From: Octopus sinensis
Taxonomy: Eukaryota
Reading direction: 5' to 3'
DNA: 64,000 nt
Assembly: GCF_006345805.1 (NCBI RefSeq)
Contig: NW_021833027.1
Coordinates: forward strand, 32,867-96,866
Numbering within the stretch: the stretch's first letter is position 1; each line of letters begins with the position of its first letter. The notes below the pieces were generated by a model. The model ran no database searches, was not told the DNA's origin, and saw only the letters and a list, made by a program, of their open reading frames with translations. Shown piece after piece: positions 22,182-36,736 of the stretch. Both the position numbers and the translations under genes were made by a program.

Positions 22182-22857
22182 AGATAGATACATACATACA
22201 TACATACATACATACATACATAATACATACATACATATGGACGTGAGTATGCATGAACTTGTGTATGTGTGTTTCAGTCACGAGGTCAAAGTGAAAGTAG
22301 ACCAAATCCACTCACGAGGTCAAAGTGAAAGTAGACTTGTGTATCTTTACTTTTTTACTTGTTTCACTCATTTGAGCGCAGCCATGCTGGAGCAACGCCT
22401 TAAGGGTTTCTTTTGGGTTTTTTTTGAGTGGAAGAAATCGACCCGAGGACTTATTCTTTATAAGCCTAGAGTACTTATTCTATCGGTCACTTTTGCCGAA
22501 CCGCTAGGATACGGAGAGGTAAACACACGAACATCGGTTGTCAAGCGATGGTGGGGGGGGGGGCAAATACAGACACATACACACACAAATATATATATAT
22601 GACAGGCTTCTTTCAGTTCCGTTATTCGAAAAAAAGTTCGTTTTCTATATTATCGTTTTTTTATGTTCTCGTTTCTCATTCAGTCCACGTGTTTTTGATG
22701 TCCTGTACCCATATATGCATGTATATATATATGCATACATATGTAGGCATATACATACATGTATGTATATATGCATGTATGTATATATTATTTATATTAC
22801 TATATCATCAAACGTCACGCATCCCTTTCCAAGTTATATCTTCATATATATATAATA

Positions 22858-22924
<67 letters not shown>

Positions 22925-23154
22925 AAAAAGGAAATGAAGAAAATGCTGACAAAATAATTTAAGTAATTCAAGTAATTTAATTAGGTGAAAGTTCTTTTTA
23001 CCGGTTGCGCATTTGTTATGCTTAACAAAAGAGACCGATAGAATAAGTACTGGGCATATACAAAGAATAAGTCCCGGGGTCGATTTGCTCGACTAAAGGC
23101 GGTGCTCCAGCATGGCCGCAGTCAAATGTCTGAAACAAGTAAAAGAGTAAAAGA

Positions 23155-23201
<47 letters not shown>

Positions 23202-23659
23202 ATGCTACGTATGTGCATGTTTATATACATGTATGTGTGTGTGTGTGTGGACACGTGTCTGTGTGCGACGCATGCGCATGTTGTTGTTGTATCCAGATAT
23301 AATGGGAGAGTGGTGTATGTATGCATGTTTATTGTAATATAGCACGTGTTACGCGTATGTGTTCGTCTACCAATTTCAGTCTTTCGCCGCCTCCCTCCTC
23401 CTCGCCCCCTGTCCTGATATCTCACACTGACGTAACTCAGACTCTGTCTCCCTCTTTCTCTCTACTCCTTCTCCCTCCTTTTCTCTATCCTCTTCTCCAT
23501 CTCTTTCTCTCCATCTCTCTCTTTCTCTCTCTCTTTCTCTCCATCTCTCTCTCTCTCTCTCCATCTCGGTCTCTCTCTGTCTCAGATAAAAGCGAAACAT
23601 CGACAACGCTTCCTCTCGTCTCTTTTCCCTCCACACTTTACCAAAGCTACATTTTCCTA

Positions 23660-23750
23660 GTTGCTATAGCAATCGATAATCGATCGGAAATCGTTCGCTA
23701 ACGGTAACCTTGGCAACGTTGCAAAGGCTTGTTGTACGTTGCCTGTGAAC
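23660..23750. promoter_or_regulatory. Cluster of RFX X-box-like motifs
   Basis: GTTGCTATAGCAAT (23660-23673), GTAACCTTGGCAAC (23704-23717, full match to GTNRCC-N0-3-RGYAAC), and a partial GTTGCCTGTGAAC near 23738. Confidence 0.45.
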
Positions 23751-23901
23751 TTATTAAATGAATTACGAGTTTGCATAACCACAGAAACACAAAAACGTTT
23801 ATATACGTCCGTGCACGTGTGAGTGTATATATATATATATATATACGTAATTTTGTGTGTGTGTGCATATGTGTCTATACAAATAGACACACACTCACAC
23901 A

Positions 23902-23936
<35 letters not shown>

Positions 23937-24302
23937 CTTAAGACGAAGAATTCATATATGCAACCATCTTCTGTAAATACATTTTAAAACCATATCATGC
24001 TTGTGTGTCTGTGTGTCCTTGCTTGTTTGTGTCTGCCGGTGTTTTTTGAGTTGCATCCCTTTGCGTTAGAAAAAAAAACAAACAACAGAAAAATAAATTT
24101 CACTTAACGATCCAACAAAGAGATATCGATAAAACGAGTACTAACAGACTGGGATTAAATAATTATTAGGGCTTCGATATGACCAAGAACAATAACAAAC
24201 AAGAAGGCGGTGCCCCAACATGGCCTCGGTCTAATGACAGAAAAACTAGCAATAGATTTATAATGATGATGATGATGATGATGATAATACTACTACTACT
24301 AC

Positions 24303-24378
<76 letters not shown>

Positions 24379-24559
24379 TCAGTCTTTTATTGGCCACAGG
24401 GGCCAATATAAATATGCATAAAATGACATAACTTAAAAGACAACACAATACAAATGATAATAATAGTAATAATGATGGTGATGATGATGATGATGATGAT
24501 ATCTTTTATTAGCCACAAGGGTAATAATAATCATTATTACTACTACGGTCACGAACATC

Positions 24560-24793
24560 ACCATCACCATCATCCATCATCATCATCATCATCATCACCT
24601 AAATTATCTATCAGCTTCATGACAATTTCTCATCACGTCACAACCTTTATTGCCATGACCACCGTCTCCACCACCACGAACCTCATCGTCATCATCATCA
24701 TCATCATCGTTGCCATCGTTATTGTCATCTTCCTCCTGCTCATCATCATGATATATCATCATCATCATCATCATCATCATTATCACTATCAGT

Positions 24794-24825
<32 letters not shown>

Positions 24826-25164
24826 TATCATCATCATCATCATCATCATTGCCATCGTTATTGTCATCTTCCTCCTGCTCATCATCATGATATATCATCA
24901 TCATCATCATCATTATCACTATCAGTATCATCATCATCATCATCATCATCATTATCATCATCATCATCATCATCATTGCCATCGTTATTGTCCTCATCAT
25001 CATGATCATCATAATCATCATCATCATTATCACTATCAGTATCATCACATCATCATCATCATCATCATCATCATCACCACTAGCATTATCACCGGCCACC
25101 CATATAATTATCTTATGAAAAAAAAAAGTATACGCTTCCTTTAGACCAACCTATAATTACTGCA

Positions 25165-25222
<58 letters not shown>

Positions 25223-25226
25223 CGGC

Positions 25227-25257
<31 letters not shown>

Positions 25258-25760
25258 GCTATCTACGTCATTACTGTATAGTATGTAAATTTACCATTTT
25301 TACTGTTGCTATCACAGCATTTCATCATCACCATCATCATTCACATCATCATCATCATCTCATCACCATCATCATCATCACATCATATCATCATCATCAT
25401 CATTATCAACACCATCACCATCACCACATCATCATATCATCACCATCATCATCATCATCATACCATCATCATCATCATCATCATCACCATCATCATCACA
25501 TCATCGTCGTCACCACCACCCACCACCACACCACCACCATCATCATCATCATCCATCATCATCATCATCTCATCATCATCAACACCCCCACCACCACCGC
25601 CACCATTATCACCACCACCATCATCAACACCGCCACCATTATCATCATCACCACCACACCACCACTCCACCTTACCTCACAACACCCCCACCACCTCCAC
25701 CACCACCGCCACCATTATCATCATCATCACCACCACCACCACCACCACCCACACACACAC
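24560..25760. repeat. (CAT)n/(CAC)n/(TAA)n compound arrays, including an about 140 bp higher-order unit repeated about 3 times
   Basis: ttgccatcgttattgtcatcttcctcctgctcatcatcatgatatatc recurs near 24710, 24849 and 24976. Confidence 0.9.
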
Positions 25761-25778
25761 AGCACATTTCAAGGTCCA

Positions 25779-25817
<39 letters not shown>

Positions 25818-26365
25818 ACAAATCTCCCTACCACCCACTCCCACCTCCCACCTCCCACCACCACCACATTTCAATCAGGTCTTCAAACAGTGACTACTGC
25901 TTCATCATCATCATCATCATCATGTTATACATCCAGGCACTTTGTCACTCCTACTATTTCTAGTATAGTGTCTGTCTGTGTGTGTGTGTGTGCATACAGT
26001 ATATTCATATATGTATAGTAATGTATGTATGTATGTATGTATGTATGTATGTATGTATGTATGTATGTATGTATGTATGTATGTGTGTGTATACATGTAC
26101 GGCGTGCGATATCATGTATGCATACTACAGAATGTATAAAATGTGTATTTGTGGGTGTGTGTGAGTATCTGTTGTATAGTGTGTCGCGTACACGTATGTA
26201 TAATGTTTGCATACGGTGTACGCGTGTATAATGTTTGTACTTGTGGTGTATAAGTGACATTACAGCCTGTAGTATATATTATGTGTTTAGTGTATGTACG
26301 TTATATATTGTGGCGTGTGTATAGCACAGAGTGTGTATAATATCTAATGTGATATTTTTACACAC

Positions 26366-26453
<88 letters not shown>

Positions 26454-26470
26454 TGTATGTGTGTAAAAAA

Positions 26471-26505
<35 letters not shown>

Positions 26506-27205
26506 TTCGAAAAATTTTATCCTATATTAGATGTAAATTTTATACAAACATACACATATACATACGTATACACATACGTGTATATATACATAATACACGC
26601 ACACACATGGGGGTGGGGTGTTTTCCGTCACAATACGACGACAGCAGCAGGTGGAGGCAATCTAGTGAATTGTGAAGATGGAATCAACTAGCCCCTCCTC
26701 CCCATGTCCCTGAAACACCACCATAACCTTCATCATCAACAACAAGACCAGCATCATTACCACTACATCAAACGCTAGCAATATTGGTCGTTTGATCTGC
26801 CAGAAATAGCAGCAAAATCCTCCCTCCCCACCCTCATCACGCACATTGTCTTCGATGAGTACAAGCTATATTGAATGATATATAGTCTTAGATATCCAAA
26901 GATGGGACGGACACGGCTGGAACGTCTTTTGATCACAGGTCTACTACTCTATCAGGATTGATACGGCGACTAAATCATGGGCGTTCAGTTTGCTAAAAAT
27001 AGTAGCCAAATCCCCTTCAAAGCATATCTTACAGTCTTATACCAGCACGACACATTAAATAATGTAGTCTATCATATCCTTTCGAAAGAGAGTGGTTGGT
27101 CATGGCTGGAGTGCCTATGATCATGTGTCCACTCGGACGGGACTGGTCTAGGGCTAAAAAAAACAGTTAATACCACCACCACCACCACTACCAAATAATA
27201 CTATA

Positions 27206-27282
27206 CAGCGTGTCCATGAATTATCGTTACAATTTCCACACTTTCAAACTTCAAATTGTAAAGGTAATTTATGGACGGCCTG
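27206..27282. mobile_element. Degenerate Tc1/mariner-type MITE (77 bp)
   Basis: TA|cagcgtgtccatgaattatcgttacaattt ... aaattgtaaaggtaatttatggacggcctg|TA. Confidence 0.55.
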
Positions 27283-27495
27283 TACTACTACAATCAACAA
27301 ATCGACATCAAAAGATGGAGGAATAAATAAAGGAGTTTTTTTGGGTTTTTTTTTTTTTTTGACAAGACAACACTAAAATGCAACATAGTAACGTCACCAG
27401 GACTCGAACCCACGCCCAGTCAGTTTGACTATTGAGAAACGGCATTTCATGAAGAAGCACAATGAACGAAATAAACCATTGATAATGAAAAAGAA

Positions 27496-27531
<36 letters not shown>

Positions 27532-28133
27532 GATGAAGTCTTTTGATGACAATGTCATCCTCATCATCATCACCATCGTCATAAATTCTTTCTAATTTTA
27601 GCACAGCGTCAGTAATTTTAAGGGGAGGGGGACTAGTCGATTCTATTGGCACCCCAATCAGTGTTCAACAGGTACTTCTTTATTTTATTCTATCGACCCC
27701 CCTCCCCCTAATAGACGAAAGACAATGTCGACTTCGGCGGAATTCGAACTCAGAACGCAATGAACCAGATCATCACCGTCATCACAATCACCGTCTATTT
27801 ATTTTGTTTTTGCTTAAACTTCGTTTGTTCTCGGGGAAAGGCATGACAGACACAACAACAACATTTCACTTTCTTCCCGACTCTTTCTACCACCACCACC
27901 AACAACAACAACAACAACACCGCTACCAAACGTAGAGGCGTCATTAAAATTATCATCATCATTATCATCATCATCGTCATCATCATCACCACCACCACCA
28001 TTAATTCCTAGATCACAGTAATTATCATTTATTTATTATTCAGTTCAGTACGAAGATGGCTAAAGCGTACATAAGAACACGTGCGCTGAAATGACTTTCC
28101 GTGTAATGCAATTATAAAAGAGAGGAAGATTGG

Positions 28134-28224
<91 letters not shown>

Positions 28225-28437
28225 TGTGTGTGTGTGTGTAAAACCTTTTCTGAAAGCAGTGTGCCGGCATGACCGCAGTCCAAAGAAGGGGAGTGCGCAA
28301 CGCGAGTATATAATAAATAAATATATAAATACGTTTGCAATCGTTGTAATCGATAAATAGGAAAAAGCAGGAACTTCCCCCGTTCCGAGAAAACATTATA
28401 ACCATAACAATAACACTTGAGACAGAGTGAGACAGGG

Positions 28438-28475
<38 letters not shown>

Positions 28476-28797
28476 GACGCAGGCATGGTTTTGTGGTAAG
28501 AAGTTTGTTACCCCAACCAAAAGGTTCGGGGGTTCGGTCCCACTACGTGCGTGACACGTTGGGCCAACACGAAGTCTTTGGGAGTGGATGTGGCAGAAGG
28601 GAAAATGAAAGAAGCCCGTCGTGTAATATATATATATCTGTGTGTTTGTGTGTGTGTGTCAGTGTGTCCTCCACACTCGACAACCCGTGCTGGTTTGTTT
28701 ACGTCCTCGAAAACTTAGCGGTTCAGCAAAATTGTCCGATAGAATAAGTACTATCCTTTAATATATATATACATACAGACATATATATATGTGTGTG

Positions 28798-28829
<32 letters not shown>

Positions 28830-29400
28830 AATATATATATATATATATCGATTTGTTTGCGTAAAAACCCTTCAAGGCGATGCCCAAGCATGGCCGCAGT
28901 CCAATGACTGAAAGAAATAAAGAATAAAGGTGTGTGTGTGTGTGTATATATACATATATGTATGTAAATGCGTGCGCGTATACGCACCTACAGAATACGC
29001 ACTTTTAAAAAGAATGCTCTGTAATCATAATATTAGTAGTGCGAAAAAACCAAAATCTATCTATAGATGCTATTTCAGCTTTGCTTCTTTTTTTTTCTTT
29101 TTTCTTTTCTTTGGCTTTTAAATTCCGCATTAAAGCCGCAACAAATCTGGGAAACACATTTTTGACGGAAAGGGGCTTCCGTACATTTTGACGTAGCAAA
29201 ATGAGGTGAGTAGTATCAGCGAATAATATATAATTGAAATGTTGCGGTACCATTAACATAAATTAATTTTTACACAAACATACACACAGATACAAGCGTC
29301 TTGCTTAGTAGTAAAAATAGCCATGCTTTTCCATGAACCACGTTTAACCGGTCAAAGCTCCAGATAACGCATGATTGTATATATACATACATATATAGAC

Positions 29401-29468
<68 letters not shown>

Positions 29469-29478
29469 GTAGGTAGGC

Positions 29479-29512
<34 letters not shown>

Positions 29513-29567
29513 AATCTTTTGTTTTATTTGTTTCGATCATCAGGTTGCGGATAGAGCCTTTAAGATT

Positions 29568-29999
29568 TTTTAGTCGAATCAATCGGCTCCAGTATTTTCG
29601 TCGAACTGCTATGTCGCGAGGACGTAAGCACACTACCACCGGTTGTCAAGCGGTGGTGGGGCACAAACACAGGCGCACAGACACGTGCATATATATATAT
29701 ATATTTCCATCTTTCCTGAGCGCCTATTAATAATAATACTGTAATTGTTCCACGTGTTGTTGTTTTTTCTGTTTTCCCGTTTGGATTAAAATTATATATA
29801 TATATATATATATATACATACATGCTCACACAAACACGACGGGCTTCGATCAGTTTCCGTTTGCCAAATTCACTTACAAGGCTTTGATAGGCCTGAGGGT
29901 ACACGAGAAGACACTTGCCCAATGTGCCACGCAATCGGACTGAACCCGGAGCCATGTGGTTAGGAAGTAAGCTATTTATCACACAGCCACCCCAGAGCC
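29568..29999 (-). mobile_element. SINE family A copy (degenerate, with internal expansion)
   Basis: Head (ccggagccatgtggttaggaag on the plus strand), CORE-like segment and body are all recognisable. Confidence 0.7.
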
Positions 30000-30163
30000 T
30001 AATATCATATTTTTACAAGAAGATTGTCGATAGGGACTTCGAAGTTTCAGACCGTTAGCCTCTATTGGTCGGCTCTCTGACCGAAACTTCGGTTATGTAT
30101 TGAGTAATCTGTTAGTTTAGTGTTAGACTGTTTTTTTTTTATTGCAACTCCAAACAAACATTA

Positions 30164-30327
30164 TACGAAGGGGTACTGAAAAGTTGGTGGCTTTAAGGAT
30201 ACGGTAAAAGGCCTGGATGGCGGCCCAACCTTATGAGTTCTTTTACAGGGCTTGGGAAAACTGAATGACCACTGCAATAGGTGCGTGAATCTGTTGAATA
30301 TAATCATAATTAACTGATCCTCCTGTA
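30164..30327 (+). mobile_element. Second copy of the mariner-like non-autonomous element
   Basis: tacgaaggggtactgaaaagtt ... aactgatcctcctgta, homologous to 10021-10286. Confidence 0.55.
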
Positions 30328-31924
30328 TTTTCATTTACTCAAGCCAGGAACATCTCAGCACCCTTCATTTGAGCGTGTGTGAGACTGTGTGTAAATTGGT
30401 GTGTATGTTTTTAAAGGGATAGATAGACTGATCGGGGTTAAGCCACAATTGCTGGGTGTCAACTATAGTTGCTTAACTCCAGGTCAGCGCCGATCCAACC
30501 TCTTATTCAGACATTGTGTAAATCGACCTACAATGATCCAGAATAACTCTTTAGCATTAAAATACGGTTTGGAGAAAAATTTGCCAGCTATTTCTAGAAG
30601 GTCGACCTACAACGTAAGGGATTCCCTCGTTGGTTGGGTGTTAGATATGTGGTGTGTTTGTTATTTAACCGTGTTGAATTCAAGTATTTGCCACACCCAG
30701 GTAAACAATAGGTTGCGGGGGTGGGGATAAACGAGTAAATGGTAAATACGATGTGAACCAACAACACGTTTCAGACATTAGCAACATAAGCAACGGTAAC
30801 AATGATTCTAGGAACAACACAAAAACATTAGCAACGATTCTAGTAACAAAGTTAATAGGAACAATAACAACGACACGCGCAATAACAACTGCACTAGCAA
30901 CGATAAGAACTGTATTGGCAACATGGTTGACACGGGGGAGTACAATAACATTAGGAGCAATGACAACGGCGTTAGCAACGATGGCAAGAACGGCAACTCT
31001 ACAACAATAACAACGTTCGCAACAATAGGGGGAAATCGGGGGGCAACAAATGGCACTAGCAGCAATAATGGCGGCGTTAGCAACAATAATAACAAGCAGT
31101 GGTAACGACCGCACGAGGAACAACAATAACAACTAGCAACAACAAAGCCAACGTTAGCAACAATAAGTTTATAAGGACAAAATCAGTAACAAAAACAAAC
31201 AAAACAAATATCCAACCACCGGCAGACTATATGGTCCCCGAAATTCTAGAAATAGCTACGAAATCTTCCTCAAATCACACTCCACTGTCTTAATTAAAAT
31301 ATGAAAGGTATACATTCAACTGATAGTAATTATGCTCGATACCACCCAAGAAAGGTGTGATGGCCATGAATAGAGGCTCTCTGATCGTGGATCAGAGTTG
31401 ACTCGGGGTTAAACATCAACCATTATCGCTACCACCTTTAAACTACTGCCACTACAAAAGTCCACACCGTCGTCGCCATCACGACCATCGCAACCGTCAC
31501 CGCCACGTCTTCAGCGAGGTTAATGTGACATCTAATACCGCTGTAGAAGAAGTATGGCTGCGTGTATATTTATTTCCTTTTATTCCAAAAATAGCCATGT
31601 GTAAACATCAATATTGGCAATTTAAAGAGTAGCGACGAGAATGTTGTAAATTAATGACAGTCTATATACCCTTGATACACGCGGTGTGTGTTAAAATGAA
31701 CGACAGACAAAATGAAGGTGAGCCAGCGAAGTGGGTATTTTACATACGCACACACAGATGTAATAGCTAGAGGACGTGAACTGATTTAGGGTCTGCAATT
31801 TGTCAAAACTTCAGGACATAAACCAGTAATAAATATATATATATACACGCACACACAGACAGGGAAAGCGGTACATATTCTGTAGTATTGACTGACACTC
31901 GTTATCAAATACACACGCGTTCTT

Positions 31925-32024
31925 AAAGACGCATACACACATACGTATGTACACACGCGTGCATATATCTGCATATATGCATGTACTCTTGACGCACACA
32001 CACACATATATATAAATATATATA

Positions 32025-32065
<41 letters not shown>

Positions 32066-32182
32066 GAAAACAACCCCTACACACACAGTCGTCTGCTGTT
32101 ATCAACATGCCAGACTACGCACAAAGACGCATACACACATACGTAAGTACACACACGTGCATATATGCATGTACTCTTGACG

Positions 32183-32222
<40 letters not shown>

Positions 32223-32312
32223 AATATATATATATATAATATATATATATATATGAAAACAACCCCTACACACACAGTCGTCTGCTGTTATCAACATGCC
32301 AGACTACGCACA
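31925..32312. repeat. Local tandem duplication, about 198 bp x2
   Basis: aaagacgcatacacacatacgta...atgaaaacaacccctacacacacagtcgtctgctgttatcaacatgccagactacgcac starts at 31925 and again at 32123. Confidence 0.9.
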
Positions 32313-33544
32313 CAGAGTACATCGTCTGCTGACAACACAATAAACATGGCAGACATGCACACAGACAAGCAGCAGATAACATATCCAACTTCAACATCAA
32401 GTAGCAACGGTGGAGAAGTGTTCCTTTAAACCAATATCGATTTAGGTATTGATGCGGCATGCTGCCAAGGGTTTGTCAGTGGAAAAAAAAAATATATATA
32501 TATATGTATATATATATCTTCCCATCAGCATCAATATCAGCGTAGCTAGAACGGGCGTCATTAATATCATCACCAGACTGACATCACTATAGCATTTAGA
32601 GCGATAAAGGAATTTACTGGGTTTTGAGGGGTTGTTATTTAGTGTGTGTGTGTGTGTCAGTTTGTATAAAATATATATATACATATACTGAGAGCGTGTG
32701 AGTGCGTGCGTAGGTTATATATATATTTTTTTCTTCTCCCCTTTGCCAAGCATCATTTAGCTCGCCAACATCAATAACACTACGACTGGCTGAATACAAA
32801 ATGTGTCGGGAATTTAAGGGCTGTTAATATGTTTTGTTGCTGTTGTTGCATTTTTTAGTAAGGGTGTTGGTGTCGGGGTTATGAGCCCGTATATCAGTAG
32901 TGTATGGCTGTGTGTTGTTTGTGTTTATGTCTGTGTGTAGCTGTGCGAGTCGAATTTTTTTCTTTTCTTTTCGACGGAAAAGCAACAATGGAAGAGTAAT
33001 GTTAATAAAAGCAATAATCGTTTTAAATATTACAAGGTTTAAATATTTTGAGTGGTAGGAGTGTATAGTCGTATAGACAAAGCAAATTGACCAGAGTACT
33101 TTAATGGTACTTCATTCTATTGACCTCAAATGGGAAAAGAATAAAGCTAACGTTGGCGGTATTTGAACTCAGAACCTAAAACGAAACTGGTTACACTATG
33201 GCTGCTCTTGGGGGCGAGATATTGTCGATTGGATCCACCCCAGTATTTTACTGATACTTTATTTTGTTTACTTCAAAAGGACAAAGGATCAAGTCAAACT
33301 CGGTCGGATTTGAATTTGTAACACGAACAGACGTTACTAAATAACATATTGTGTCCGATGTTTTCTTGACTCTGCAGACAACAAACCTCGTTGGATCTGC
33401 TAGAAATATCAGCCTAACTTCCGCAAATTACACATCCTACTCTTAATTATTAATTGTACTGCCCACGGAGGAGTGAAAAGGTAAATTCGACCTCTTCAGA
33501 ACACACAAACACACCTCAAGTAAATTCGTCTTGCCTTATGTCAA

Positions 33545-34093
33545 TGGTAAAATTTGAACCAAGTTTAGTCTTGTGTCACGTTTAAACTCAACTTTGAATC
33601 AAGTAAAGTCTACCTTGTGTCACGTTGAACTTTGATCTAGGATTAGTATGCAGTGTGTCAAGTTCAACTTTCAACTAAGTTCTGTCTGCCTTATGTGTTG
33701 TTAAACTTTGATCCAGGCTCAGGCTGCCTTGTGTCACGTTGAACTGTGATCTAGGCTCAGGCTGCCTTCTGTCGCGTTGAACTGTGATTCAAGCTCAGGA
33801 TGCTTTGTGTCATCTTGAACTTTGATCCAAGATCATTCTGCCTTGTGTCACATTCAACTTTGATCCAAGTTCAGTCTTATTTGTATCACATTCAACTTTG
33901 AGCCAAGTTCAGTCTGCTTCGTGTCACGTTGAACTTCGAACCAAGCTCAGTGTCACGTTCAACTTTGAGCCAAGTTCATTCTGCCTCGTATCATGTTCAG
34001 TTTTGAGTCAAGCATAGTGTGATTTGTGTCATACTGAACTTTGATCCAAGCTCAAATTGTCATACTACGTTAAACTTTGAACCAAACTCAGTT
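33545..34093. repeat. Degenerate 38 bp minisatellite, about 14-15 copies, each with an internal inverted repeat
   Basis: Consensus ttgtgtcacgtTGAACTttgatccaAGTTCAgtctgcc. The period of 38 was measured at 33843, 33881 and 33919. Confidence 0.85.
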
Positions 34094-35433
34094 AATTATA
34101 CGACATGAGCTACCGAGGAATCCTCTCTATTATTGCTTGACCTGCAAGAAGCAACAGTCGAATATCCATCCAGTTACACCTACCAACGTTACAAAAGGCA
34201 GGACACATTAGATAATGCAACCCCTGATATGCTTCGGGGAAAAAAGAGAGGGACATATACGGGACACTGTCAGTGCTTAGGTACGAATCAGAGTGCTAGA
34301 TGAAATACAAGTGCAGTATTTAGTTCCGATCCTTAGTGCTGGACCAAACACACTAATACCATTTAGTTAACTATCTACATTCAGAGGTTCAAGTCTCACT
34401 GATTTCACTGAACTAAAGCAACAGTAGCAGCCACTGCTGTCTAACCCCAGATCAACCTCGACAGAGCAAATACTATGATTTCAAAGATATACAAGTCGTG
34501 ACCAACCTATCTTTCATGCAAACAGAATTACGTATGACTACATTATCCAAGACTTGTGTTCCTCCTTTAAAAGTCAAAGCACGATCTGAAGGGATATTTG
34601 ACTTCTATATCTAGCAGTGTCTGACGAACCACACAGATTTTTACTTGATGACTTAAAAGTACCGGTTATATGCTGCAGTCGATGAAACAGCTGGCAACTC
34701 ATGGATGCAATGTCTTTATATTTCGGCAACATGAAACCAACACACTACACCGAACGAAACCAGTTTTTTTATTTTACCTAGAATTCCACGAGCCAAAAGG
34801 ATTCTAAAAGAGGTCGTTCGATTTGCTAGAAATAGCAACCACATCTCTTTCGCGTCATATATATATATATAACCTATGCAATATGTTATATAATACACTA
34901 AATTATACATATATACAATAACTTTAATATACCATATATTATATAATATACTACATATTATACACTAGATATAGTTATATCATATATTCGATCGTATACT
35001 ATAAATTATATACAAAATGACATACAATATTATAATAATAAAAATAATAATGAAATTATTGTATACAGTGCTCAGGTACACCATTACATACCAGATATAC
35101 AAGACCAGAATGGAACCTGTGCGCGATCGCTCGACCAGCTGGAAATAACAGCTAACTTACTTTCAGGTTTTAAAAAAAAGGACACATTGGATAATGGATA
35201 TAGATTTAGATTTATAGTAAGGTCATGGATGGAATGCCTTTTATCAATCGGGATTTGGGCCCCACCCAGCCTAAATAATTGAAGGAAAACAGCGGGCAGT
35301 GGATGTAGTAATTGATTGACTAACAGACGCTAATTGACAGGAATGTGAAATGCGATAGGCAAACGAATCCAAAGAACTAGTCTTCGGTGGCACAGAACAA
35401 TCTGTCATTATGGCACAACACACACATTATATT

Positions 35434-35466
<33 letters not shown>

Positions 35467-36599
35467 GCGTTGGATTTAACGGTAACCCAGGTAAGAAAAG
35501 GAAAAGGATAAGAAAGACAGATACGGGTGAGCCTAGTAACCGAATCATAACGGTGAGAGATAAAAAGAGGGATTAACCAATCAACGATAACCTGCTTACC
35601 TTAAAGAGAATCTGATTGGTTGGTTGGTCTAGCCTTATTTAAACTGATAATGTTTATGTTTAACCTACCAATGACTGGTTACTGTAATAATGGTTGTTGT
35701 TGTTGTTTTGTAGGTCCAATGTCAGACCTGCTCAAAACGACAAAGTTCTAGCCGTGACCATCCCTCGTATTATTATTTTTTTTTTTCAAGTATTAGCTAA
35801 GACTAGGTCGTTCCATACCAGTTCAGTGCAGCACGACAACATCACATAATTCGCGCGTAAACACACACGACACGACAGCAACACAACAGACATTATTAAC
35901 AGACTGATAGGGCTTCCTTCTTCTTTTTGCTTATTAACATCAACTACTATTAAAAAAAAAGACACCAACACCAACACCATCACCATCACCAACTACAGAC
36001 TCACCAACTACAGACATTATCACTAGTAATGCAGCTGAACTTGCAGTTAATGTATTCAGCGCATTTTGCACTGCCAATATCTTCACCAAACCGACATACC
36101 AGACCAGCCAACAACATTTCCAGTAGTACCATAAACACGAGATAGGAAACATGCTTGCCCACACAGTTGACAAACCAGTAGTAATAGTAGTAGTAATAGT
36201 AGTAGTAATAGTAGTAGTAATAGTAGTAGCAGCAAAACGAGCAATTATGATATTTTTACCGTTTATACAAATCACCTAACCATCATATTTAACACACACA
36301 CACACACACATACATACACATGAGCGCGCAAACACACACACATGCGTGTGCGAACACACACACACACACACATATATATATTACTTTGTGTGTTCCAGCC
36401 CAAAGGCTGTGTGGCCATGCTGGGGCACCGCCATCTATTATATATATATATATATATATAAATGCGTGTGTGCACGCGCGCGCGTGCAATATGCCCCCCC
36501 CCCACCCAAACAATTAGGAACGCGAGCATACACTTCTAACATTTCTTTATTACAGCGCTGGTCCTTGTGGCAAATATATCCAGATATGCCTTACATAAA

Positions 36600-36695
36600 A
36601 CAAACACTACCACCACCACCATCATCATCATCATCACGATCAGCATCACAATTGTTTACAAGTAATAATAATAATACAAAGACTATTGCTATATC

Positions 36696-36736
<41 letters not shown>

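Noticed and set aside
33545-34093. CRISPR-like appearance (palindromic repeats of about 38 bp); likewise the core-plus-spacer arrays at 20660 and 38927
   Set aside because: Units are contiguous or separated only by microsatellite, there are no unique spacers, the units are degenerate, there are no cas genes, and the context is eukaryotic.
35485-35605. Strong donor-like sites on both strands (cag|gtaaga at about 35490; aag|gtaagc at 35599 on the minus strand)
   Set aside because: No associated open frame or acceptor could be established. Such hexamers are expected by chance in 64 kb.
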